Positions 29,883 through 41,689 of a DNA stretch of 64,000 bases are shown piece by piece. This stretch comes from Nitrospirota bacterium (GTDB taxonomy: Bacteria; Nitrospirota; UBA9217), in assembly GCA_963845065.1 (NCBI GenBank), contig CAWJQQ010000002.1, forward strand, positions 405,597-469,596. Direction: 5' to 3'. Position numbers and translations under genes: made by a program. The first letter of the stretch is position 1, and each line of letters begins with the position of its first letter. The notes beneath the pieces were generated by a model. The model did not search any database. It was given only the letters and a program-made list of their open reading frames with translations, and was not told the origin of the DNA.

Positions 29883-32309
29883 TCACATTTCAAATTTCCT
29901 GAAAATATAATATTTTGGGAAATCTATGAAGAGCGTAAAAAGCGCTGAGAAAATAAGCACTGCTAGAACCTGTTTGAATGCAAGAGACGGCACAAAAATG
30001 CCATAAACGCCTAGGAGTGCAAATCCGCTGATAGTCGCTATGCTCAGGAGCAGCAAGTCCCGGCCCGGTAATGATGACCAAAAATGCCGCCTCTCCCGCA
30101 CGATCAACACCCTGAACTGGCTGTTGAATATCAGGTTCAGCATGACCAGTGTGCGCAGCTGTTCCCATTCAAGATTAAAATAGTTCCTGCCCATAAAAAT
30201 TACTAGCAGTCCTTCGACAATCAGGAGCATGCCGGGAACCAGCGATGCCAGCGTAATATTTCTGACGTTCCATCTGTTCGGATTTGGTGTAGACGTCACC
30301 CTGTCGGTCGCCAGGGACATGGTCACAAAATCGTTCGCGAATACGAGCAGCGACATGCCAAGCAGAGAGAGCACGATATCGTGGAGCCAGAAGAAGCTTA
30401 GGGTGATCAACCCGACAAATTCAATGACCTTTGTGACTTTGTTGAGGACCCAGGTGAGCATCCGCTGGTAAGTTTGCCTGCTTATTGTCACCGCATCAAT
30501 GATCACGCTGATCCCCGGTTCCGTCAGGACTACGCTTGCGGACGCCTTTGCTACGTCGGTTGAGTTGCTCACCGCGATACCCATCTCCGCCTGCTTGAGC
30601 GCTGGCGCATCGTTCACTCCATCTCCCGTCATCCCCACCATATGGCCCTGGGACTGCAGGAGCTTCACTACTTTGTATTTGTCCTCAGGATAGATTTCGG
30701 CGAACCCGCTGATTTCATCCACGATCCTGGCTTGTTCCATCTCGCTCAAACCTTGGATGTCCGCCATCCTGATGATATTAGTGCCAATCCCTACCTGATC
30801 TGCTATTTCTTTCGCTATGGCCATATTGTCGCCGGTAAGCATAATTGGCTTGATTCCCAGTTTTTGGGACTGTTCTATCATACTTTTTGATTCCGGTCTC
30901 AGCGGGTCGGCCATCGACAGCAAACCGGTAAATTTAAAATCATCCGGACCGTAACCCTCCGACCGTGCGACCGCTATTATTCTGAATCCGCTCCGGGAGA
31001 ATTCCTGTATAGTCTCGTTTGCCTTTTCTCTCACCTCTTGATCCATATCCCGGCACAGGGGCATGATAATTTGGGCTGCCCCTTTTACGGCTTTGAAGCG
31101 TCTGCCTTGAGCATCGATGACAGCCTCTGTCCTTTTGATGGAAGGGTCGAAGGGCTTAAACGTGAGTTGGCGATAAGGCTTGAGATCAATGCCCGTGTTT
31201 TTTGCATATTCAAGGACTGCGATGTCTATAAGGTCCATGCCATCCCGTTGGGATGCCAATGCGGCTGTGATAATGACATCTTCCTTTTGATACCCGGAAA
31301 ACGGAATGGCATCACTCGTCGACAACCTGTTCTGCGTTATGGTCCCTGTTTTATCAAAGCAGAGAACATCAATGGAAGCTGCATCCTCGATCGAATCGAG
31401 CCTGGTCACAAGCACGCCCTTCCCAGCAAGTTCCATTGCTCCCACAGCCTGGACAATAGTGAGCACTGCAGGAAGTGCTACGGGGACTGCGCCCATGAGG
31501 AAGATCACTGCCAGAGTCAGCACGGTGACGAGGTGTTCGTGTAAATTCAAGAGCAAGCCGTACGCCAACACCAGGATCAGCGCGCCTATTCCAAAGTACA
31601 TCATGTATTTGACAATCGCCATCATCACGGCTTCCTGATGGGACTTGGGCGTGGCTATCTTGACCAGTTCCGCTGTTTTCCCGAAGTACGTATTTGAACC
31701 GGTATTAACTACGACGCACCTCGCCTCTCCTCTTCGAACGACGGCGCTCGAGTAAATAATGTCCGATTCACCTATCTCCACCGGGAGGGATTCTCCAGTC
31801 AAGGCCGATGCATCGACAGAAAGGTTCCCGTTTACAACTTTAGCGTCGGCCGGCACGATATCCCCGAGTGCGACGGCAATAATGTCTCCGGGCGCGAGCT
31901 CTTTTGCCGCTTGTATTCCCCATTTCCCGTCCCGCAATACTTTTGCCCTGATCGCCAGCTTTTTCTTGAGGAGCTCAACCGCTTTTTGTGAACCACGCGA
32001 GTGAAGGTGGCCTATGACCGCGTTTACCGTGAGCAGCACGAAGATAATGACTCCCTCAAGGGTGTGATGCAAGGCGAGCGAGAGTCCCATCGCCAGCTCC
32101 AGTAACCATGGCATGGGGCCCCAGTAGCGCAGAAGGAATTCAAGGAAGGAGTTCTTCTTTTTTTCGGTTATTTCGTTATGTCCAAATATCGTGAGCCGCT
32201 TTATCGCTTCGGCCTGTGTGAGGCCATCTTTGGTTGACTCTAAGTTTCGTAGCGACTCTTCCCAGGAGAGACCCTTATAGTCGGAGGTATTTCTCAATTT
32301 TAAATCCAT
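29883..32309 (-). CDS. Plasma-membrane proton-efflux P-type ATPase (P3A)
   Basis: TGES, PVALP, DKTGT, KGAAQ, GDGVND and FAND (proton-acceptor Asp). Start placed at MDLKL (the ORF track starts at 32372). Confidence 0.88.
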   Translation of the reverse strand: MDLKLRNTSDYKGLSWEESLRNLESTKDGLTQAEAIKRLTIFGHNEITEKKKNSFLEFLLRYWGPMPWLLELAMGLSLALHHTLEGVIIFVLLTVNAVIGHLHSRGSQKAVELLKKKLAIRAKVLRDGKWGIQAAKELAPGDIIAVALGDIVPADAKVVNGNLSVDASALTGESLPVEIGESDIIYSSAVVRRGEARCVVVNTGSNTYFGKTAELVKIATPKSHQEAVMMAIVKYMMYFGIGALILVLAYGLLLNLHEHLVTVLTLAVIFLMGAVPVALPAVLTIVQAVGAMELAGKGVLVTRLDSIEDAASIDVLCFDKTGTITQNRLSTSDAIPFSGYQKEDVIITAALASQRDGMDLIDIAVLEYAKNTGIDLKPYRQLTFKPFDPSIKRTEAVIDAQGRRFKAVKGAAQIIMPLCRDMDQEVREKANETIQEFSRSGFRIIAVARSEGYGPDDFKFTGLLSMADPLRPESKSMIEQSQKLGIKPIMLTGDNMAIAKEIADQVGIGTNIIRMADIQGLSEMEQARIVDEISGFAEIYPEDKYKVVKLLQSQGHMVGMTGDGVNDAPALKQAEMGIAVSNSTDVAKASASVVLTEPGISVIIDAVTISRQTYQRMLTWVLNKVTKVIEFVGLITLSFFWLHDIVLSLLGMSLLVFANDFVTMSLATDRVTSTPNPNRWNVRNITLASLVPGMLLIVEGLLVIFMGRNYFNLEWEQLRTLVMLNLIFNSQFRVLIVRERRHFWSSLPGRDLLLLSIATISGFALLGVYGIFVPSLAFKQVLAVLIFSALFTLFIDFPKYYIFRKFEM

Positions 32310-32325
32310 TCCTACATTCTTCCTA

Positions 32326-33171
32326 TCAGGAGTCTTTTTTTGCGACCAGAACAGCGCAGCCTGCCAGCTCAACCACTTTTTCCGTCGTACTCCCCATCAG
32401 AAGTCTCTTGAGCCCCGTATTTCCGTACGCTCCCATGACGATCAGATCGACACCTTTGTCTTTTGCGGTTTCGACTATAACTTCATGAGGCTTTCCGACA
32501 AGGGACATCGTCTCTGTGTGAATACCGGCCTGCTGTGCCGCATGCGCGATATCGCCGGCATCCGCCCGCGCTTTTTCCTTCTGGTCTTCCGAGGGAACCA
32601 CGGAAACAACAATCAAGCGGCTTCCACAGCGTTTTGCGATTTCAATCGCTTCTGTACCCGCTGTGCGAGCGTGCTCCGATCCGTCCGTTGCGACCAAAAT
32701 ATTCTTGAACCCGATTCCTGCTGCCTGGGAAACAACCAGGACTTTGCACGGCGCGTGCCCGATAATTTTCGCGGCTGCTCTGCCGAGGAGGACCCTCTCC
32801 AGTCCGCTACGGCCCTGTCTGCCGACTGCTATCATATCAATTTCTTTTTGCGCCGCCTCTTCAACGATAAGCCGGGAGGCGCTGTCCCCACGGCGCAAGA
32901 TCGTCTCGCAGGACGGTATCGTTTCTAACGCCCTCACCTTGATTGATGCAAGGTATCGAGCGGCCTCCTGCGTTTCTTTCTGTAAAAGATCCGCGCCGGC
33001 GGTCTCATATTCCGGATTTTTTTCCACAACTGTCATGATAAATAATTTGCTCGAACAGTTTTTTGCAAAAGCTATCGCCGCGGTTATCGCACCTTCACTG
33101 AACAGCGAACGGTCTGTTGCTACGAGTAATCTTTCAAGTTTCAATACGGGACAGTACTGACCGTGGTTCAT
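32326..33171 (-). CDS. Tandem-domain universal stress protein
   Basis: Two USP domains (LVATD..S; DLIVMG..G..G....LMGS). Confidence 0.92.
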   Translation of the reverse strand: MNHGQYCPVLKLERLLVATDRSLFSEGAITAAIAFAKNCSSKLFIMTVVEKNPEYETAGADLLQKETQEAARYLASIKVRALETIPSCETILRRGDSASRLIVEEAAQKEIDMIAVGRQGRSGLERVLLGRAAAKIIGHAPCKVLVVSQAAGIGFKNILVATDGSEHARTAGTEAIEIAKRCGSRLIVVSVVPSEDQKEKARADAGDIAHAAQQAGIHTETMSLVGKPHEVIVETAKDKGVDLIVMGAYGNTGLKRLLMGSTTEKVVELAGCAVLVAKKDS

Positions 33172-34506
33172 GGTTTAACCCTCCTTGGATTGTAATTCTT
33201 TTGGTTTATTAGATTCCCTGTAAACCCTCGTCTCAATACCTCGCTTTGCATCGCCTTAGTCTTCTGCCGAGTTCAATATGTCCCAGAGGAAAAGAGGAAA
33301 ATGAGTAACAAGAGTTTGATTTAATTTTACCTCATTCTGTGGCCAGTAATGGTTCGCTGCAAACAATATGCAACAGAGAGCACAATTTTCATAGTAATGT
33401 CATGTGTTGGTTTTGGATATAGGAGATACTGTCTTTCGGTATAACTCCCCGAGCGGGGCTTGGGGGCCTCTATATAGTTATATGCGACAACCCTGCATGA
33501 GATCTTACGGCAGCCGCTTTATCTATCACCGGATAGCGACCTGTTTTTTTATACTGCTCAATTAAGTTGTCCCTTGCCTTCCTTTCTGATGTTGCAGCTA
33601 CATGGGACAATATTCATTCTTGACGTTAGTGCTTATTTTCACGTATTGACATAACGGCAGTGTGCGTGTAAAAGAGATTCTGCTGTTTATCATAATTTAT
33701 ATTGGAGTTCCGATTTGAAACGTATGAAGCTCTGATTGTTGGTTATTGTTCTGCTCCTGTTTAAGCTGAACTCTCTACAAGGTTCAGCGGCGGAACACGA
33801 CCCTTACCAAGAACATAATACCGCTCTTCTCATTGATGCCCCCAGCCACACAATGTGGATGTGTCAAATGAGTGATGCGATCGCCGGATTCCCAATAGCC
33901 AACTGCCATGTGGTGTAAAAAAGCGGCACAAAAGGGACAAAAAAACTTCCGTGGGTGTGTTCGGTCTTCGCATTACGAGACACCTCTGCAAGATCCGATT
34001 TTTTGCCGGGCTCATGGGTCTGGCGTAAGCGGTGAATGAGAGGATGCTTACGGCCCTTGCAGCTGGACAAAAAACATACTAGCTACCGATTCTCTCTTGA
34101 TTATGCCCGGTGGTGTTTTCACAGCGTCTACAATCCTTTTGGTCACAACGCCGCAGCAGGCCGTTGTGAATCACTACAACAGGCTCGGTGCGGAGGCAAT
34201 GATCTTATCCTCTGGTTTGCACTGTTGACTGTAGGAATTACATTTTTGAGATCTATCTGAATATTATAGACTATCAAAAAGAGGTTGCAACCCGTTATCC
34301 TGTGCGATGTGAAGGATCTCAAACTTTTGGAAGGTAGAAATTTTTCTCTGCGCGTGAATGATGAAGTCTTATATGTAACTCAGCTTGATCGAAAGGGGAT
34401 AACAAAGGTAGAAATATAATTGATAAGTTTGAAGAGACAGGGCTACGACAATTCTAGGAATCGAAGGAAAAGAGTCAGGTGAAAAAACGTAACTCCTTGG
34501 ATTAAT

Positions 34507-34584
34507 TGGCGTCCCCAAGGGGATTCGAACCCCTGTTATCGCCGTGAAAGGGCGGTGTCCTGGGCCGGGCTAGACGATGGGGAC
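34507..34584 (-). tRNA. tRNA-Glu (TTC)
   Basis: GTCCCCATCGTCTAGCCCGGCCCAGGACACCGCCCTTTCACGGCGATAACAGGGGTTCGAATCCCCTTGGGGACGCCA folds as a cloverleaf with encoded CCA. Confidence 0.97.
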
Positions 34585-34674
34585 GGATATTACCTATTCT
34601 TTCAAAGTTCAAGATGAGAGCGATGAGACACCAAATCATGGCTAAAAGCTCTTAACTCAAAACTGTATTTATAC

Positions 34675-34750
34675 TGGTGAGCCGGCTGGGATTTGAACCC
34701 AGGACACCCGCCTTAAAAGGGCGGTGCTCTACCAACTGAGCTACCGGCCC
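34675..34750 (-). tRNA. tRNA-Lys (TTT)
   Basis: GGGCCGGTAGCTCAGTTGGTAGAGCACCGCCCTTTTAAGGCGGGTGTCCTGGGTTCAAATCCCAGCCGGCTCACCA. Confidence 0.97.
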
Positions 34751-34818
34751 GCTCACGCGGTCTTCGCTAAAGCTGCATATATTAACAAAGAACTGCTATC
34801 TTTGTCAATAGAAAATAC

Positions 34819-36147
<1,329 letters not shown>

Positions 36148-36186
36148 TCAGCAAATTTGCTCTCAGCATTCGGTACATGGAATTTG

Positions 36187-37764
36187 CTATATTTTAACCT
36201 GTTTCACCGATAGAACGTTCGGAAGTTTCTTTATCTTTTCCATGAGGTCATCGGACACGGTGCTGTCGATGCTTACCACCGACATCGCGAGGCCACCTTG
36301 TTTCTCCCGGCCAAACTGCATTCTTGCTATATTGACCCCGTTCTGGCCCAAAAGGGTGCCGATGCCGCCGATGACGCCTGGCTTGTCGTTGTTCATAAGC
36401 ACAAGCATATCGCCCTCGGGTACAGTCTCCATCGGAAAATTGTCGACCTGGATGATGCGGGGCTCTTTCTTGCTGTTCAGTGTTCCCGACGCGGAAACGT
36501 CCTTGCCGCCTGCCTTAATTCTGAGCATAATGAGGCTCGTGTACTCCGTCGCTTCGCTCGATTTGGACACCTTTACATCGATGCCGCGGTCCTTGGCGAT
36601 GAGCGGGGCGTTTACGTAGTTCACATTTTCCTGGAGCGTCAACGTAAGTAGCCCTTTGAGCGCTGCTAGCGTTATCGGTTCCTGCTTAAGGTTCGCTACC
36701 TCGCCGCTGTACTCCACCGTCACCTGGGTGAGCCCCCCTTCGAAAAGCTGAGCGATGAACAAACCCATACGCTCCGCAAGGTTTATGTAGGGCGAGAGTG
36801 TTGGGAGCTGGTCTGCGGGTACCGAGGGCACATTCACGGCATTTCTCACAGTTCCGGCGATAAGATAATCTACGATCTGTTCGGCCACTGCCACAGCCAC
36901 ATTCTCCTGCGCCTCCAGTGTAGACGCGCCCAAGTGGGGTGTTGCAATAAAATTATCTAGTGTGAGGAGCGGATGGTTCTCTGGCGGCTCCTTCTCAAAA
37001 ACGTCGAAGGCAGCTGCCGCAACCTTACCGCGCTTCAGGGCCTCGTAAAGGTCCTGTTCATTCACAATGCCGCCACGGGCGCAGTTAATGATGCGCACGT
37101 TGTCCTTCATCTGGGAGATTGTGACATTGTTGATGAGGTTTGCCGTCTCCTTGGTCTTGGGTGTGTGGACCGTGATGAAATCAGCCCGTTTGTAGATCGT
37201 TGGGAGGTCTACAAGCTCAATCCCGAGGCTCTTCGCCTTTTCCGTGGAGATGAAGGGGTCGTAGGCCAGGACCTTCATGCCGAGGCCGATGGCCCGGCTC
37301 GCAACGACAGCGCCTATAGCGCCGAGACCGATAACACCCAAGGTCTTGGCATAGAGTTCAACGCCCTCAAATTTCTTCTTTTCCCACTTACCGGCCTTGA
37401 GCGATGCATAAGCCTGTGGGATCATGCGGGCGCAGGCGAAGATCATGCCGATAGTGTGTTCTGCTGTGGTGACCGTGTTCCCACCGGGCGTATTCATGAC
37501 AACAACGCCCTTTTTGGTTGCAGCCGGGATGTCCACATTGTCTAAGCCGCTGCCTGCACGGCCGACAATCTTGAGCTTCACTGCTTTATCGAGAAGTCCG
37601 GCCGTAACTTTTGTCGCCGAGCGGATAATCAAGGCGTCATAATCGCCGATAATCTTCTCGATCTCTTCAACCGATGTTTTGCTCCGGGCATCCACTTCAA
37701 GCCCGGCCTTTTTCAGTATCTCCACCCCTATTGGGGAGAGATTATCGCTGATGAGAATCTTCAT
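36187..37764 (-). CDS. serA: D-3-phosphoglycerate dehydrogenase (long form with ASB and ACT domains)
   Basis: RAGSGLDNVD, GLGAIG, NCARGG, TPHLGAST and a C-terminal ACT domain. AGGAGG lies before ATG 37764. Confidence 0.96.
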   Translation of the reverse strand: MKILISDNLSPIGVEILKKAGLEVDARSKTSVEEIEKIIGDYDALIIRSATKVTAGLLDKAVKLKIVGRAGSGLDNVDIPAATKKGVVVMNTPGGNTVTTAEHTIGMIFACARMIPQAYASLKAGKWEKKKFEGVELYAKTLGVIGLGAIGAVVASRAIGLGMKVLAYDPFISTEKAKSLGIELVDLPTIYKRADFITVHTPKTKETANLINNVTISQMKDNVRIINCARGGIVNEQDLYEALKRGKVAAAAFDVFEKEPPENHPLLTLDNFIATPHLGASTLEAQENVAVAVAEQIVDYLIAGTVRNAVNVPSVPADQLPTLSPYINLAERMGLFIAQLFEGGLTQVTVEYSGEVANLKQEPITLAALKGLLTLTLQENVNYVNAPLIAKDRGIDVKVSKSSEATEYTSLIMLRIKAGGKDVSASGTLNSKKEPRIIQVDNFPMETVPEGDMLVLMNNDKPGVIGGIGTLLGQNGVNIARMQFGREKQGGLAMSVVSIDSTVSDDLMEKIKKLPNVLSVKQVKI

Positions 37765-37955
37765 GAATCCTCCTGAATTCAATCTAACCACGAATAAATA
37801 CGGTAATACGTTGATTTTGATCCGTAGGGACACAGCGTACTGGAAAAAAAGAACGTAAACCTGAATTTCAAAAAAAATTTCTTAATTCATTGTTGCCGAT
37901 CTTTCTCGTGTCTAAAATTTTTCCAGTTTAACCATATTGATCCGCAGTTAAAAAA

Positions 37956-39092
37956 TTATTTCATCAATATTTCCTGAGCCGCTCCAACACCTGTGCCGAG
38001 TTTGACCGGATGACCCAAACCCTTTAGTACCATCTCGATGCCGGCGATGGCCGTGATCACGTCGAAGGTGTCAGCATAGCCCAAGTGCGCGATACGGAAG
38101 ATCTTACCTTTGAGTTTGTCCTGACCTCCCGCGCCGGTAATACCGTACTTCACGCGCAAATCTTTGTAGATCGCCTGGCCATCAACGCCTGCCGGTGCCT
38201 CGATTGCCGTCAGCGCATTGCTCGGGTTTTCCTTGGGGAACAGTTTGAGACCCAAGGCCGTTGCTCCCGCTCGCGTCGCTTTTGCTAGCCGTTCGTGGCG
38301 CGCAAGTACGTTTTCAAACCCTTCGTCCTGTAACATTTTTATGCAGGTGTTAAGCCCGATGATGAGCGTTACCGGCGACGTAAAAAGTGTCTGGTTCTTT
38401 GCAAGATTCTCCCGTTCCTTCTTGAAGTTGAAATAGAACTTAGGCGTCTTGGCCACATCAGCCATCTTCCAGGCCTTGTCGCTCACGGAAACGAAAGAGA
38501 GTCCCGGCGGGAGCATTACGCCCTTCTGGGAACCGCCGACCATGACGTCAATACCCCACTCATCGGTCTTGAGATCATGGGCTACGAGAGCCGAGATGGC
38601 GTCAACGACGAACAAAGCATCGGTCTTTTTTACGATCGAGGCTACGGACTTAATGTCGTGGTATACGCCGGTTGATGTTTCGTTGGCTTGAATGAACACT
38701 GCTTTGATCTTGGAGTTCTTCTTAAGGCTTGCCTCGATCTGCTCTGGCTTAACCGCGTAGCCCCATTCCACAACAATTTCTTCTACCTTCATGCCGTAGG
38801 ACTGGCAGATTTTGGTCCAGCGTTCGCCGAATTTACCACCGTTCACGACAAGTACATCGTCACCGGGGTTCAGAAAATTGTTCACCGAACCAACCATGCC
38901 CCCGGTGCCAGTGGAGCATAGAATGAGTACGTCATTCTTGGTCTGATAGAGCCATTGCAGGCCTTTTTTGGCTGAATCGAGAACTGGGAGAAAATCCGGA
39001 GCACGATGGTGCATAATAGGCATGGCCATGGCCAGAAGCGCCTCTGCCGGTACTGGGGTCGGGCCAGGGGCCAAGAGATATTTTTTTTGCAT
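37956..39092 (-). CDS. Class V PLP aminotransferase (serine-pyruvate/alanine-glyoxylate type, probably the phosphoserine aminotransferase here)
   Basis: PGPT, NETSTG, VDAIS and GSQK (PLP lysine). Adjacent to serA. Confidence 0.9.
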   Translation of the reverse strand: MQKKYLLAPGPTPVPAEALLAMAMPIMHHRAPDFLPVLDSAKKGLQWLYQTKNDVLILCSTGTGGMVGSVNNFLNPGDDVLVVNGGKFGERWTKICQSYGMKVEEIVVEWGYAVKPEQIEASLKKNSKIKAVFIQANETSTGVYHDIKSVASIVKKTDALFVVDAISALVAHDLKTDEWGIDVMVGGSQKGVMLPPGLSFVSVSDKAWKMADVAKTPKFYFNFKKERENLAKNQTLFTSPVTLIIGLNTCIKMLQDEGFENVLARHERLAKATRAGATALGLKLFPKENPSNALTAIEAPAGVDGQAIYKDLRVKYGITGAGGQDKLKGKIFRIAHLGYADTFDVITAIAGIEMVLKGLGHPVKLGTGVGAAQEILMK

Positions 39093-39396
39093 GAGTGTAT
39101 CCTCCAAAGTAGTGTAAACAATATCAATCGTCAGATTTTTGTTAGGAACAATCGCGAAAACGGAGCTGAATTATGCTCTGAAGTAAATTAATGTCCCGTC
39201 GGGATGGGACCTATGCCCGGGTTGGCATGTCGATGGGATAGAGTGGATGTCTGTGCTGTATCAAGGTAATACTGCCTCTCTTTGGATAATCCAGATTATT
39301 CACAATGACACTAACATAAGCCGGTGAAAATTGTCAAGAAAATAGTTAAGCCTGCAACTGTAGAGTGTCGCAGGCTATCGGGGGTGTTTCCCAACC

Positions 39397-39792
39397 CTAT
39401 TTTTGCACGATATCCATAATCAAACTCAAGGACAGCACCGGGTTCATTCGGTCGCTAGAATAAACGCTGACATACTTAACCACATGCCCGCTCTTGTCAG
39501 TCGTATCCACATCCGCTTTTATCTGTCCTACGGCCCCAGGGTCAAGGTGATTCGAACTAATCACCGCAGCAGTGCAGCCTCAGGATGGCATGATTCGCTC
39601 AATATCCAGAGGCTCATTCCCGCCATTTCTGATTTCAAATATGTGGCTTACTTTGGTTCCCTCGACGACTTTGCCGAAATCATATTGTACTTCCTTGGCT
39701 ATTATCTTTGGCCCTTTTGATTCCTGCGCCATGAGCGACCCGGCAGCCAAGAGGGCAACCAGCACCATGCTGATCCAAAAGATTTTCTTCAT
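39397..39792 (-). CDS. Exported DUF1573 (Ig-like) protein, predicted selenoprotein (UGA at 39580-39582 read as Sec)
   Basis: ..EPLDIERIMPS-TGA-GCTAAVISSNHLDPG..VSVYSSD..LSLIMDIVQK*. The TGA occupies the first Cys of the family SCGC motif and the frame stays open for 60 more codons. A SECIS-like hairpin follows. Confidence 0.82.
39546..39565 (-). promoter_or_regulatory. Bacterial SECIS-like hairpin of the DUF1573 gene
   Basis: GGTGATT-AGTTCG-AATCACC, a 7-bp stem starting 14 nt after the UGA, with G at loop position 2. Confidence 0.7.
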
Positions 39793-39859
39793 CACAATGT
39801 CCTTTCTGCAATAGGCCTTTACGCCTTTTTTCAGCATGTCGGATTCCGCGCCCCCATTT

Positions 39860-40567
39860 TCAGAGCCCCATTTTTTTCTGGTAAATCATGTTGATCAGTT
39901 CGTCTCGGCTAATCAATCCCTTCTCAATTAGAAGCGTGATGAGCGCCTCAAATCGCATTCTCGTGTCCTGAAGTGACTGCTGCGTCGATTCTTCCTTGGA
40001 TAGGATTGGCGATTTCACATCGTTCTCAGCATTCTTATTCATGCTGAGTTCGCTTCCGTGAATGATTTCCATCTTTCCGCCCAAAGTGTTCTTTTGATTA
40101 TATAAAGACCCACCTCTCTGTTTTCGTACGATCTCTTCACCATCATAGTACTTTTTGATGGCATCATTGATCTCGGACTCAAGGGCTAGCGACGGTTTAA
40201 TGTTCAATCCCGTGATAAATCGGACCTCGTCGATCGCCTCTATGTCAAGGGGGTCCGACATGGCGAGCATGAGGATACCCTTGTCCCGCCTCGCGGGGAT
40301 AATGTGATATTTCTTCGCGATCTCGGGCTTAATAAGCCTGATCAAGTTCTCGGGTATTTCAGGGTTAAACAGGTTGATATACGGCGTATGTAATTTTTCT
40401 GCGATAACTCTAGCGAGGTCTGCCTCACTTATGAATTCCAGTTCAATAATAATAGAACCGAGTTTTCCTCCCCAGTTCCGCTGGTACGATAATGCGGTCT
40501 CGAGCTGAAATTCATCGATAAGACCAGCCTCTTTGAGCATGTCGCCGAGTTTTTTTGCCTCGGCCAT
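39860..40567 (-). CDS. Stand-alone MshEN/GspE N-terminal (T2SSE_N) domain protein
   Basis: KLGDMLKEAGLIDEFQLETALSYQ..KLGSII and LAMSDPLD. No ATPase domain. Confidence 0.82.
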   Translation of the reverse strand: MAEAKKLGDMLKEAGLIDEFQLETALSYQRNWGGKLGSIIIELEFISEADLARVIAEKLHTPYINLFNPEIPENLIRLIKPEIAKKYHIIPARRDKGILMLAMSDPLDIEAIDEVRFITGLNIKPSLALESEINDAIKKYYDGEEIVRKQRGGSLYNQKNTLGGKMEIIHGSELSMNKNAENDVKSPILSKEESTQQSLQDTRMRFEALITLLIEKGLISRDELINMIYQKKMGL

Positions 40568-40820
40568 CGGATAGCCTCCCTTATATGAAAAATGTGACTA
40601 GAACTGATTCAAATTATATGCCGCTAATACGGGAAATGCAACGGTTTTTGACAAATAATTAAAGTTTTATATGCACGATCAAACACATAAAAGGTAAAAC
40701 GCAAGAAAATCCGGAATAAAGACAATCACTACTATTTCTCAACGTGACTCCCGTCAGCTAATTTTCTTCACTGTCGCTGCATCCATCCGGGAATACGAAG
40801 GATTATGTCTGTTCTTCGGA

Positions 40821-41573
40821 TTATGTCACCGGCGTCACTAGCAAATGCCTTAGATCCACATCCGCAAGCGCGGCAAGCAGGCTTGCTTTGATGCCGGGAT
40901 GCTCCTGTTCAAGCCCACTAAGCATTTTTTTTATTTTCACCCTTTTTTGGTCCTCGTCTCCGCAAGCAGGGCATGCGCAGCATGTGATAGGGAACCCACC
41001 TTCAGATGCGTAGCAAACGATATCATCCTCCGGCACATACACTAGGGGCCGGATTACCACATTCCGTCCGTCATCGGCACGCAGGAGGGGGGCCATTGCC
41101 TTTATGGCACCGTTATAAAATTGATTGAGCAACAGCGTCTCGATGAAATCATCGCGGTGGTGGCCGAGGGCCAGCTTCGTGCACCCAAGCTCCTGGGCTT
41201 GCGTATACAGCACGCCTCGTTTGATCCGGGAGCATAGAGAGCATGGCGTATCATCAGGAGTAAGTTTTTCGAGCATAAGTTGATGAATAGGCGCGGGAAC
41301 TACATGATATTCAAAGTCGTGAGCCCGAAGATAATCTTCCATCAGCCCGGTTTGGAAGCCAGGAAAGCCAGGATGCACAGTGACTGCGACGAGCGAGAAT
41401 GTGATTGGAGCACGAAGCCTCAGGCTGTCCAATATATGGAGTAGTGTCCAGCTGTCTTTCCCACCCGAGAGTGCGACGAGGATCCGATCATGGTTATCGA
41501 TGAGGCCGAAATCTCCGATCGCCTTGCCGGTAAGTCGTCGGATGGAATGTTCCATTCGTTCTAATGAGCGCAT
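40821..41573 (-). CDS. ttcA: tRNA 2-thiocytidine(32) synthetase TtcA
   Basis: SGGKDS PP-loop, CSLC, GHHRDD and CPAC. Start is near 41573/41555, not 41909. Confidence 0.88.
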   Translation of the reverse strand: MRSLERMEHSIRRLTGKAIGDFGLIDNHDRILVALSGGKDSWTLLHILDSLRLRAPITFSLVAVTVHPGFPGFQTGLMEDYLRAHDFEYHVVPAPIHQLMLEKLTPDDTPCSLCSRIKRGVLYTQAQELGCTKLALGHHRDDFIETLLLNQFYNGAIKAMAPLLRADDGRNVVIRPLVYVPEDDIVCYASEGGFPITCCACPACGDEDQKRVKIKKMLSGLEQEHPGIKASLLAALADVDLRHLLVTPVT

Positions 41574-41637
41574 ACGAGGAATGCTAATGCCTACGACCTC
41601 GTAAGTCAACCTTTTTTGTCGGAGATTAAGCTGAATT

Positions 41638-41679
41638 AAAAAAAAGGGCCCCCGGATACTCGATCCGGGGGCCCTTTTT
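41638..41679. terminator. Strong intrinsic terminator downstream of the histone-like gene
   Basis: A-run, GGGCCCCCGGAT..ATCCGGGGGCCC stem, then a T-run. Confidence 0.85.
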
Positions 41680-41689
41680 GGATTCTTTT

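Noticed and set aside
33439-33483. GTATAAC...GTTATAT as an integron attC site
   Set aside because: About 45 bp is too short, there is no clear internal L-box pairing, and no cassette ORF or integron integrase is nearby.
33172-34500. Short ORFs or an ncRNA in the 1.3-kb gap before tRNA-Glu
   Set aside because: No recognisable protein motif, RBS pattern or RNA family; left unannotated.
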